Part shown: positions 29,602 to 38,199 of the stretch, piece by piece
How positions within the stretch are numbered: position 1 is the stretch's first letter
How the letters are laid out: every line of letters begins with the position of its first letter
IMG/VR virus record: IMGVR_UViG_3300012923_000001
Location: 6,389 to 70,388 of that record
Origin: a virus
Length of the DNA stretch: 64,000 nt
Strand: one strand, 5' to 3'
The notes under the pieces: generated by a model
The model's database searches: none
Told to the model about the DNA's origin: nothing
What the model saw: the letters and a program-made list of their open reading frames with translations, nothing else
Program-made: the position numbers and the translations under genes

Positions 29602-29910
29602 GTGCTGACGTACCTACCAGACGCTCCGCTTCCTAGTAACAAGTTTGGGTTTTCGTATTCAGAACTACGCGATGACTATCTGCGCTATCGGTTGATGTCA
29701 GATGAAGAGTTCGTGGGCCACGCTCTCGATATTCTGCATTTTGCCTGCTATGTCTGTTACATCAAAGAGAGTGGATCACAACATACACTTTCCGATACTG
29801 GCATCATTCATCAGTTGGTGCATTTACTATCACCAGACACCCGTCCCGATGCTCTCAATGAATTAGAAGCTATCCGGGATCGCTTCAACCATGATTGTTG
29901 TTTGGCTTAA
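29602..29910 (+). CDS. Hypothetical protein with its own leaderless promoter (moron)
   Basis: TGTTATATT extended -10 box 7 nt before the GTG; flanked by terminators. Confidence 0.55.
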   Translation: MLTYLPDAPLPSNKFGFSYSELRDDYLRYRLMSDEEFVGHALDILHFACYVCYIKESGSQHTLSDTGIIHQLVHLLSPDTRPDALNELEAIRDRFNHDCCLA

Positions 29911-29941
29911 AAAGGGCCAGCCTTTCGGGGTTGGCTCTTTT
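29911..29941. terminator. Bidirectional terminator
   Basis: AAAGGGCCAGCCT TTCG GGGTTGGCTCTTTT between convergent genes. Confidence 0.7.
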
Positions 29942-29946
29942 GTGCT

Positions 29947-30213
29947 TCAAATAACGTGAACCTCGTCTGGATCGATCCTAACGCCGCAAAATAGTTCGCG
30001 CTCTATACCGCACCAATAAGGAATCGGCGCGCAGGGGATGTCCACTAGTGGCTCCTTGCCGTCTCGCTTGTTTAGTGCGATCTGACCTTGCATCGTCAAC
30101 CTGAATCGCGCCAGAGCTTCTTGCTCATCATTACCTTGTGCAGCTATGTCGTATTCAAGACACTGCGCGGCCCATATTTCACCCTCTCTTACTAATCGAA
30201 CGTGGACTAACAT
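29947..30213 (-). CDS. HicB-like (partial RNase H fold) protein
   Basis: EGEIWAAQCLEYDIAAQGNDEQEALARF. Confidence 0.7.
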   Translation of the reverse strand: MLVHVRLVREGEIWAAQCLEYDIAAQGNDEQEALARFRLTMQGQIALNKRDGKEPLVDIPCAPIPYWCGIERELFCGVRIDPDEVHVI

Positions 30214-30217
30214 TACT

Positions 30218-30787
30218 CTATCTCCATTCCATTGATGCTGCCATATTTTTAAGTTTTTCGGCTTGCAAGTAAGCCTGCCGCGTTGCGTTGTCTAACGACT
30301 CAAGCAGCCTCTTCCGCTCGTATTTAAGTGCCCTTGGTATTTGAGAGATTATTTCCAGTTCGGCGTGTTGAATAATCGCTGTCCAGCGGTAGCATCGGAG
30401 ACATACAGCCCCTATGGACACGCCTCCGCACTTCTTACACGTTTGAGAATTAGCTTGTTTCCACTTCCGCGCCGCACATGCACGGCATCTATTAGCAAGC
30501 CCATCTCCGCGTGAGCGGTCAACGCTGAATTCTGAACGTAGCTTTTCAGTGTCGCATTGGTAGCACCATTTCATATCAGGCAAAGATAGAGGCTTGGCGA
30601 TTCCACGCTTGGCGGCGGCCTTTGGTAAGTGGCTGTGTTTTTCTTTCCAGATAGCAAACGATTCAGCGCTCCACGTCTCGCCGTCTATTTCGCCGTTACA
30701 CACTTTTTCCCACAACCAAAACCGCATAATAGCGGCTCGCGTTCGCAAGCTCGGAACCGCCCCTATGCAGCCTTCTAACGCCATCAC
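30218..30787 (-). CDS. Zinc-finger protein with a finger of the type found in HNH/EndoVII genes
   Basis: KWCYQCDTEK...EF..DRSRGDGLANRCRAC; CKKC...CLRC. Confidence 0.6.
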   Translation of the reverse strand: MMALEGCIGAVPSLRTRAAIMRFWLWEKVCNGEIDGETWSAESFAIWKEKHSHLPKAAAKRGIAKPLSLPDMKWCYQCDTEKLRSEFSVDRSRGDGLANRCRACAARKWKQANSQTCKKCGGVSIGAVCLRCYRWTAIIQHAELEIISQIPRALKYERKRLLESLDNATRQAYLQAEKLKNMAASMEWR

Positions 30788-31039
30788 TTAAACTCCGCTT
30801 GCTAGTGTAACGACTTTTTCCGGCAATTGATCGTCTTCCGGTCTGCCGTATCGGTGTTGCATCTCAACAATCTTGAGAAGTTTACCGCCTGCGTTACAGA
30901 CGGCGTTCGCTGCTTGCGGCGTAACCTTGCCGCTGATAATGTCAGACATCAAAGCCGACATCACGTTAGCAAAGTCTGCGCTCGTTTTAATCCCCTTAGC
31001 TGAAAAACTCAGGCTTTGGGCATTGGAATCTTCTGCCAT
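30788..31039 (-). CDS. Small helical protein
   Basis: AAAGGGA SD; ISGKVTPQAANAVCNAGGKLLKIVEMQ. Confidence 0.65.
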   Translation of the reverse strand: MAEDSNAQSLSFSAKGIKTSADFANVMSALMSDIISGKVTPQAANAVCNAGGKLLKIVEMQHRYGRPEDDQLPEKVVTLASGV

Positions 31040-31064
31040 GATTTATCCCTTTCAGAAATTGAGA

Positions 31065-31207
31065 AGGCGTGTAATTCGCTCCGTCTAGGGAAACGATTCA
31101 CACGCCTGAACTCTGTGGTGATTCGGTTGTAGTCGGCGATTCGGCCCTAGACTCCGAACCACCACTTTCTTGAGCGTTAGCTTACTACAAGCATCTTATT
31201 GTTTCAA
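31065..31207 (-). promoter_or_regulatory. Promoter plus two-hairpin leader with 8-nt complementary loops
   Basis: TTGAAA-17-TAAGCT; stems 31065-31107 and 31115-31165; GTCTAGGG/CCCTAGAC. Confidence 0.65.
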
Positions 31208-31310
31208 TTAACGATTTGGTATGCCCTAGAAGCCTCTATACTTTTCACCCTGGCTGGTCTAAAGTGGCAGCGTTCTACAAATCACACTCTATGGAGAAAG
31301 GTGCATACCT

Positions 31311-31682
31311 ATGAGACTTCTAACCACCCATCTAACTAAAAACGTTGAAATTCACGCGGTTGACGAACCGGGACAGGGCGGGGCTTGTCATAAATACCGT
31401 GTTGATTTTTACACCGGGACGGACAAGGCGAACGCCACAACCGGCGGACATCGCGACATCGACTTCCAGAATGGCCCAATTCAAGAGTTTGGCGTCAACG
31501 GCATTCCTGATGAGGCTCTGTACGCGATTCTGATCGACCGCTTGCAGGGATTCCAAAAAGGGCAATACAGTTGCCGAGAGAATGCAATCGCTCTGACGCA
31601 TCTCGAAACCGCTCTCATGTGGGCACAGAAGCGTACCCATGAACGAGAGGCGCGAGGCGTCGAGGGCACGTCAGCAGCGTAA
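31311..31682 (+). CDS. tad1: Tad1-family immune-signal sponge (anti-Thoeris/anti-CBASS)
   Basis: PGQGGACHKY...IDFQNGP...GVNG...ILIDRLQGFQKGQYSCRENAIALTHLETALMWAQKRTHEREARGVEGT matches the Tad1 signature along its whole length. Confidence 0.85.
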   Translation: MRLLTTHLTKNVEIHAVDEPGQGGACHKYRVDFYTGTDKANATTGGHRDIDFQNGPIQEFGVNGIPDEALYAILIDRLQGFQKGQYSCRENAIALTHLETALMWAQKRTHEREARGVEGTSAA

Positions 31683-31901
31683 GCACGACATTTCAGGCTC
31701 AGTCTTAACGGATTGGGCCTGATTCGTTTCAACAGTAAATAGTTTGCCTTTTTACCCAATGAGGAGTAAGATAGCCGACAAGCTAACTCACAGTAATTGT
31801 TTACACGGAATCGCCGTCCGGCACAAACGCCTAAAAACGTCGGGCGGCTTTCGTGTAAATACCCTCTTGCATAAACCCGAACGGTGGTATACTAGGCGGC
31901 G

Positions 31902-32095
31902 ATGGCTACTACCTCAATTTCCGACGCTGAAATGGACAACCTAAACGCCGCAGCCGTTTCAACAGTGAAGCGGGATTGTGCATGTTGGCCTCCGAACCTG
32001 TCCTAGCAAAAGAATGGAACACGCCAGAAGAAGATGAGGCGTGGGCACATCTAAGTGTTGGTTGGATCAAGCCGACAGAGGACATAACATGGTAG
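31902..32095 (+). pseudogene. Possibly frameshifted small protein with DUF2281-like tail
   Basis: Leaderless ATG 31902 after TGGTATACT; LASEPVLAKEWNTPEEDEAWAHL lies in the -1 frame. Confidence 0.4.
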
Positions 32096-32250
32096 ACGTA
32101 GTTGCAACTGTGCGCGGCTGGGGCATCGGATCGCTGATCGCTCTGGTTGTGTTCCTTCTCGCGGTAGTCTTGCTCATCATCGGGCACGCGCTAACGCCGA
32201 CAATGGTATTGGTCTTTATCGCGGCGCTCGCCTTGGCGATGCTGCTTTGA
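32089..32250 (+). CDS. Two-TM microprotein
   Basis: GAGGA SD; almost entirely hydrophobic. Confidence 0.6.
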   Translation: MVDVVATVRGWGIGSLIALVVFLLAVVLLIIGHALTPTMVLVFIAALALAMLL

Positions 32251-32274
32251 TTTGTAACACTAACAGTTACAGAT

Positions 32275-32499
32275 TCACCCTTTCAACGCATTCTCATACG
32301 CCGCCGTTATCCCTGGATTCCAATTCTTCCGCCCATGTTCAAGGTCTGAAATGTATCCAATACTGCGGTTCATTCGCTTGGCGATTTCGGTGAGAGTGAG
32401 CGAGCCTCGACGTTTACGGCAGGCCGCGCCAACGGCAACTTGGTCTTGCTCACGGCCTGTGCCTTTGCAGTGGCGGCAGGGTTTAGTTAGTTTCTTCAT
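32275..32499 (-). CDS. XRE-family HTH regulator with CxxC motif
   Basis: LTLTEIAKRMNRSIGYISDLEHG. Confidence 0.8.
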   Translation of the reverse strand: MKKLTKPCRHCKGTGREQDQVAVGAACRKRRGSLTLTEIAKRMNRSIGYISDLEHGRKNWNPGITAAYENALKG

Positions 32500-32945
32500 T
32501 CAACGCTCACCACTTCATAGTTAAAGGCTTTCATTATTCGTTCGAGCGCAATTCCGATAGCCTCAAGGCTAGTGGTAGTAACTCTGAATTTCGGACTATC
32601 CTGCCGTGCATTACGGTGCAAGATGTTCTGGTTGCCCGCGAACTCCCAGAGCGCGCTAACGACTTCTTCTTGCGCTTCTAAGTTGATTTGATTGTTGTAG
32701 ACAGCTGCGCAGAGAGGCTTCTTTTCTTTTTTGCCAAGACCGTCTAGCCAGACGCGCATTGAATTAGCGCAAGCTACGGCCTCATCGACCTTGCTTTGAC
32801 TCTCGCCGTCGATTGCCCTGCTTGCGGCCCATTCGTCAACAAGCGCAGGCGCGAACGGATCGCGCCCAAGCAGTACAAACATCGGCTCGTCTGGATCGGC
32901 ATTGGCATAGCAATCAAAGTCGCCGGGCCCGTTTTTGGTTCCCAT
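32496..32945 (-). CDS. Phage protein with DEPMFVLLGRD motif
   Basis: AAGGAG SD; upstream TTGACG promoter near 32995-33000. Confidence 0.7.
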   Translation of the reverse strand: MGTKNGPGDFDCYANADPDEPMFVLLGRDPFAPALVDEWAASRAIDGESQSKVDEAVACANSMRVWLDGLGKKEKKPLCAAVYNNQINLEAQEEVVSALWEFAGNQNILHRNARQDSPKFRVTTTSLEAIGIALERIMKAFNYEVVSVE

Positions 32946-33052
32946 AAGATTCTCTCCTTTCGGCGTAGAAGTATCCCATAATAATTAGTTTGCGTCAACG
33001 CCTAAATTAGCGTAGAGTTTGCCATAGAAAGGTTTTCGGTAGACGGGGAAAG

Positions 33053-33817
33053 GTGGTCGATATGAACAAGTCCGATTCGTTTTGTTGGACGGTTGACGAA
33101 GTGCCGGATTGGTGGAAGGAGACAAAGGGAATACAGATCGACGTAGCCCGGTGTGGCGCGATCATCCCTTCGGCGGTTGGGTCTGGAATTGCATATCCGG
33201 GCGATCATATTATTCGTGACACGACAGGACGCATTTCGGTTCGCAAGGCGAACCCTGCCGATCCCAGCAAGCGCAGTTTCGTGCGGTTAGCGGGCATTGG
33301 GGCCGCTTGGATGGCCGTAGGTGGGGTCATTGCCCCTATCAGCCTTCCGGGCGCTCCTGAGCCTGCCTGTAGCGTAAAAGACCTATCTGGCTGGGTAGTG
33401 ACAATCGCCGCCGACTATGGCGAGATCAAGACATTATTGCCTCAACTTGGGCTGAGCAAGATGACAGTGGATCGCATCTCTGGGTTAATCGATAAGGCGC
33501 TGACAGTTGCCCGAGACTTCGATGCTGCGTACAAAGCCGGGAAACTGGCAGACGTGAAGACCACCTTTCTCAATCTAGGCACGCTCATTACCCAGATCGC
33601 GGGAGAATTGGGCGTCGTCAAAAACCGCTTATTGTCCCTACTGATTGTCGGCATTCAAATCGCCCGCATTACCCTTGCATCGCTCATCGACAAAATGATC
33701 GTTGTGGCACCTGCGTCGATGACTATGAACATGAGCGCGGATGACGTGGCAGCGGTCGCAGAGGTTAAGCGGCTGGCGTCTATTGACGTGTCAAAGGTGT
33801 TGGCGGTGATTCAATGA
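33053..33817 (+). CDS. Helical protein with an internal Tat-like signal and Cys
   Basis: SKRSFVRLAGIGAAWMAVGGVIA...PEPAC followed by amphipathic helices. Confidence 0.6.
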   Translation: MVDMNKSDSFCWTVDEVPDWWKETKGIQIDVARCGAIIPSAVGSGIAYPGDHIIRDTTGRISVRKANPADPSKRSFVRLAGIGAAWMAVGGVIAPISLPGAPEPACSVKDLSGWVVTIAADYGEIKTLLPQLGLSKMTVDRISGLIDKALTVARDFDAAYKAGKLADVKTTFLNLGTLITQIAGELGVVKNRLLSLLIVGIQIARITLASLIDKMIVVAPASMTMNMSADDVAAVAEVKRLASIDVSKVLAVIQ

Positions 33818-34086
33818 CCCTAGAACGAACCAAGCAAATCGAAAGCCGCATCGCTGAACTCGAAACTAATGACTATCATGTTTCCGCTCAGGGACGCTTG
33901 GCGGCGCTATACGAGATTGCCGGGTTGAGGAAGGCGTTGGGGGGAAAGGGATACGGAAGCGTAGTTAAGGCACGGTCTTACTTGTTAAGCGGGAACGCCG
34001 TGCCTATTCCCGCGCTCGTACCGCAGTCGAATAACGGCATGATTCACAGTTGCAATGAACGCTGTGTTGTTGCGACTTCACTTTAA
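33814..34086 (+). CDS. Hypothetical protein
   Basis: ATGA overlap. Confidence 0.5.
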   Translation: MTLERTKQIESRIAELETNDYHVSAQGRLAALYEIAGLRKALGGKGYGSVVKARSYLLSGNAVPIPALVPQSNNGMIHSCNERCVVATSL

Positions 34087-34098
34087 TCACCTCCTTTC

Positions 34099-34344
34099 CT
34101 ATTCAAGCGAGCGAACCCAAATCACCACCGCACAACCTCTAGGAAACGTAATCTGCCCTTCAATGGATTCACGCTTACCATCGCCTTGGTGAACAAGATT
34201 CCATGAAATATCCCCAACGACGTACTCAACACCAGAGTTATCACAGTCTATCCGCTCTTTGGGCCAGGCACCTTGAATGCGATACCAAGCTACTTGACGG
34301 CGGCAAAGTTCCTTAAAGTCGTCTTTTACAGAAGAGCGATTCAT
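34099..34344 (-). CDS. Hypothetical protein
   Basis: Last ORF of the - strand arm. Confidence 0.5.
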   Translation of the reverse strand: MNRSSVKDDFKELCRRQVAWYRIQGAWPKERIDCDNSGVEYVVGDISWNLVHQGDGKRESIEGQITFPRGCAVVIWVRSLE

Positions 34345-34486
34345 ACGGCATAGGCTCCGTGCTCGCCTACTGGGACTATTTCAGGGTGAAGGGTCATGGG
34401 TGACGGCAGCAGAAGGCTGGGCGGCATTGGAGGAGCAGGCCAGTGAAGGTCGAGGGGTGGACGTAGACGTTTAGGGCCGAAGATTG

Positions 34487-35791
34487 TCATTTAATTAAAT
34501 TAAATAAACTGTTTTGTCTTTGCACGGCCCGTCGAACGGCCAACTCGCAATACTCCAATTCCTTTTCAATTAAGATTGCTTTCATTCCTTCCAATTGACA
34601 AGCTTTAGCGGTGCTACCCGATCCGCCGAAAGGGTCAAGAACAATTCCATCGGGCAGCGTAATCAGGCGAACTAGATAGCGCATCAATCGAGTTGGCTTG
34701 ACTGTAGGGTGATGATTACGTGATCCGTTTGTGCGTCCGGCTCCCGCTCGCGGTGAGTTCAAACCATCACTGCCGTCTTTGCGATCTGTTACTTGTCCTG
34801 CGGAGCGATGCGGCAAATCCTCTAGCCCTTCATCGCGATCATCTTGCGAGGCTTTGGCGCAATAGAAGAACCGAGCGGCTGAGCCAAAGTCTTGCCGAGG
34901 CTCGTTTGATGGACGCGGCCCAAAATCTCCATAGATGCCGCGAGAGGGCCGGTCGCCATGTTCAGGGCCGACATATCGTTGTTGTCCCGGTGCGTCTGGG
35001 AACGCTGTTAAGACTTCATCTGATCCATCATGGATTACGTTGGCGGGCCAGCGGCCTTTTGTCGCGTCGTAAGCAGTACGATCCATCGTTTCACCGCCGC
35101 CATATTTCCCATTGCCGCCAATGCTCTGAGTTTGATTAAATCCGCCAATCCGTTCGTTAATATAATTCTGATCAGCTTGACTTGTTTCAATTCGACAAGC
35201 ATCAATATTCAGCCCGCCCGTACCATGCTCTAAAACATTCTCCGCGACCGTGCCGCTCAATGGTCTTCTTGCTAGCACAATCGGCTCGTGGGCGGGTTTT
35301 AATGCCGTGCCCCAACCATCCCATTGCTTTGCGGCGCTGGACGACGGGGGAAGCGAAGCCGTACTGCCAGATTGAAAGCGAAAGCCGGTATCTACGCGGA
35401 CATGCGGCGCAGGGTTTCGGTCAATACCCACTGCCGCGTCAATCGCCTTACTCACATCCAAACTCTTCGGAAACCCTGATCCGTAAATCCATTGAATCTG
35501 ATCGCGAATCTCAAATCCGGCATCTTCAATCGCACAAGCTAATCGGTGATAAGTGCGTGAGCCTCCAAAGGCCAATAAGTGCCCGCCGGGTTTCAGGACT
35601 CGCAAACATTCGCGCCAAACAGTTACATCGTAGGCAATGCCAGATCGATCCCATCCCTTACCCATGAATCCAAGCTCATAGGGCGGATCACAAACGCAAG
35701 AATCAATCGACTCTGATGCGAGCGACGGTAGCACTTCCCGGTTATCGCCGTGGAAGATATCAAGCTCCGGATCGGAGTAGTAAGGTTTCAT
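34487..35791 (-). CDS. DNA N4/N6 methyltransferase (beta class)
   Basis: DPPY; YGSGFPKS; GTALKPAHEPI; HPTVKP; VLDPFGGSGST. Confidence 0.92.
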   Translation of the reverse strand: MKPYYSDPELDIFHGDNREVLPSLASESIDSCVCDPPYELGFMGKGWDRSGIAYDVTVWRECLRVLKPGGHLLAFGGSRTYHRLACAIEDAGFEIRDQIQWIYGSGFPKSLDVSKAIDAAVGIDRNPAPHVRVDTGFRFQSGSTASLPPSSSAAKQWDGWGTALKPAHEPIVLARRPLSGTVAENVLEHGTGGLNIDACRIETSQADQNYINERIGGFNQTQSIGGNGKYGGGETMDRTAYDATKGRWPANVIHDGSDEVLTAFPDAPGQQRYVGPEHGDRPSRGIYGDFGPRPSNEPRQDFGSAARFFYCAKASQDDRDEGLEDLPHRSAGQVTDRKDGSDGLNSPRAGAGRTNGSRNHHPTVKPTRLMRYLVRLITLPDGIVLDPFGGSGSTAKACQLEGMKAILIEKELEYCELAVRRAVQRQNSLFNLIK

Positions 35792-35810
35792 ACTTTGGCT
35801 TTGCGGGTGA

Positions 35811-37170
35811 TCAGTACATCTCCAGTTCTGGCTCCGACTCTGGCGGCGCACATCCGTCACAGTAATGGCCTACATCCTCGACGTAGTGCCCATCAGAATA
35901 GGTATCGATCAAGGCGTGGCACTCAAGACATTGGTCGATCTCATCGGGCAGCACTTCTAATTGCTCCTGAAGGAAATAGATTACCGAGAACGCTTCCTTG
36001 TCGGTCAAGTGGGGCATCGGGTTTGCGGTGATACCCTCAACTTCATTACCTTGCAAAAAACCGTAGAACTCTTCTATTCGTTCAAGCATTATCAGCTTCC
36101 CTGTCGCGTCTTTGATTCGACTTCGCCCCATATCTTTACAGCGTCACCTTCGGATGGTGGTCACAGCGGATGCACAATCAAACTCACTTCTCTCGCTGTT
36201 TGGATTGATAGCCTACCCTCGTCACTCTTGCGCCACACGATTTTCGCGAACAACCTCCATCGCATTAAGAACCAATACCAACGAGGCCGAACTTTTGCTG
36301 ATATGTAGAGCGCCTGCCGCCCATCATGCCCGGCATATTGTTGTCGCCTTCCCCAAATCACAGCGCCACCCTCATCTCTATCGGAAACTTCGACCCATCC
36401 TTCCGATTCTGCCATCCACTATATTCCCCTGCTCCGCGCCTTACGATGCCCTCAATGGTCGTTGTGCCCCAATGCGGCCCATCGTGGAGCCAGCCAGCAT
36501 GTGACCAGAAGCCTCCGGGGAAGCGGACTAAGACGGTACGTTCAGGTATGCCATTGCCGTGGAGTAGGGCATGGTCGATGGCAGCGCGCATGGTTGGGGT
36601 AAAATGGTCTTTAGTCATCGGTGCTCAATCGCCACTCCGTAAGGCCACCATCTTCGGTTACGAGAACTACGTCAATATCTTCAATCTTTAATTCAGGATG
36701 ACGTGTCCAAGTGATAGTCCTTGTCTCCGCATTGTAAACCTGTTCGTTACTTGAACCTTCAAATGCGATGTATCGGGCATCGTTAATCGGCATGGGTATC
36801 ATCCGCTCCATTGGACTTGCTACTCTCCCGTGCCTTCCCTGCGTCACTACGGAGCTTGCGGGGCGGCTTTGTTGACGATGTGAACCGTGCGTCACGGATA
36901 GCGATCAGCGATTCAATAGCCGCATTCAGCGCGTCCAGAGTTGCGGCCATGCCGAAGGCAATTAGCTTCTGTGTGTCGGTGAGTTTACGTTTACTCATAG
37001 CTGCTCCTCATCCTCGAACTCAAAATGTACGTCCGCGCTAGTTGGCCGCTCACCTTTTGGTACGCGAATCTCAATAAACCACTCGCCTTCCTGAGCGTAG
37101 TAGCGATCCCAATGTTCACCACGGGATGCCGGTTCAAGGGCAAGGTTAATCTGTAGACTCATAGTTGCTG
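35811..37170 (-). other. Run of small hypothetical ORFs (35811-36131, 36161-36415, 36358-36618, 36611-36895, 36783-36998)
   Basis: Tightly packed - strand ORFs; 36783-36998 carries RKLRSDAGKAR. Confidence 0.55.
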
Positions 37171-37182
37171 TCCTTTCGATGG

Positions 37183-37467
37183 CTAATCGCCCCTGATAAC
37201 ATCGCGGATCTTGCTGTGTGCGCTTCTTAGCCGATCTTCGATGTCCTTAAGCATTGCGTCTATGGTTTCAAGTCCGTCAAAGTCTCCGGCCCCATCGATT
37301 ACCTCGTAGGTTGTAAACCGAGCGCATTTCTTCTTCGGATTCAAGCAAGAGCGTCGTCGTCGGATACGGTTGCGCGTAGTGCTTCGGCTGTCGATAACCT
37401 GAGTGTCGCCGCCGCATTCAGGACAGGGCATTCCGTTTCTGAGACTTAATTTCATTCTCGCTCGCAA
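37183..37467 (-). CDS. NrdR-like zinc-ribbon protein lacking the ATP cone
   Basis: MPCPECGGDTQVIDSR...IRRRRSC...C.RFTTYE. Confidence 0.8.
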   Translation of the reverse strand: MRARMKLSLRNGMPCPECGGDTQVIDSRSTTRNRIRRRRSCLNPKKKCARFTTYEVIDGAGDFDGLETIDAMLKDIEDRLRSAHSKIRDVIRGD

Positions 37468-37473
37468 ACTTTC

Positions 37474-37546
37474 CGCAGCGGACGCTCTTCTCCGCGTCCT
37501 TTCACGCCGGTCGCCCGGTAGCTACCTAGCCGGGCCGTCCGCTGCG
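37474..37546 (-). ncRNA. Putative 73-nt structured RNA
   Basis: Perfect 11-bp terminal stem CGCAGCGGACG/CGTCCGCTGCG with an internal GCCCGG/CCGGGC hairpin. Confidence 0.45.
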
Positions 37547-37550
37547 ATAC

Positions 37551-37675
37551 TGGGGTGAACGGTCGGAATTGAACCGACTAGAGAGGCTATCTCCGTCGCC
37601 GTAGGCTTACTGGCAACCTGCCCGCCCCGCATATTTTGGAGCGCGAGGGACTCGAACCCTCAACCATCGTTCACC
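37551..37675 (-). ncRNA. Non-canonical tRNA-like RNA with two T-arms and a CCA end
   Basis: GGTGAACG/CGTTCACC stem plus CCA; T-arms GTCGG-TTCAATT-CCGAC and GAGGG-TTCGAGT-CCCTC. Confidence 0.65.
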
Positions 37676-38199
37676 ATAACTTCAAATATCAGTGATCGCC
37701 TGCCGGACTGATTACCGGCCAGCGGGAAGGCTAGCAATTTTCACACGTACAGCTATATCGAGTTTCGGTGGCACCTTGATAGCCCTCTTTTGTGACCATT
37801 GTATGATTGTGCTCGCCATTCAAGCCGTGAACAGGGCGACCGCAATAATAGCACCCGTCCATAATCGGCTGCTGCTCGGCGGGGATTTGACAGAACTCCG
37901 GCCCCCACCATCTTCCACGTTCAGGATTTTTAGTTTCAGTGCTCATTGTCCCTTCCCGCGGGTTTGCTCGGCGACCATAAAAGTGCGCACGACTTCGGCT
38001 CACAACAACTGTACGCAGTCAGCGCATTGCGATACCGCGCGGCTCTAGCCAAAGCATTGACCACGCCACCCTCACCTTGCGGCGGGCGAGACAATTGAAT
38101 TGCAGCAGCCGCGACTTTTCCTTTGGCTTGCTCAAGCTTAGTGCTCAAATATACCCTTCACCGCTCCCACACAATGAAGGGTGCGCCGGCTTGCCGGGC

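Noticed and set aside
29947-30213. Complete HicAB toxin-antitoxin pair
   Set aside because: No HicA-like ORF is adjacent.
37551-37675. Canonical tRNA gene
   Set aside because: No D-arm or 7-nt anticodon loop, and 125 nt long; reported as tRNA-like instead.
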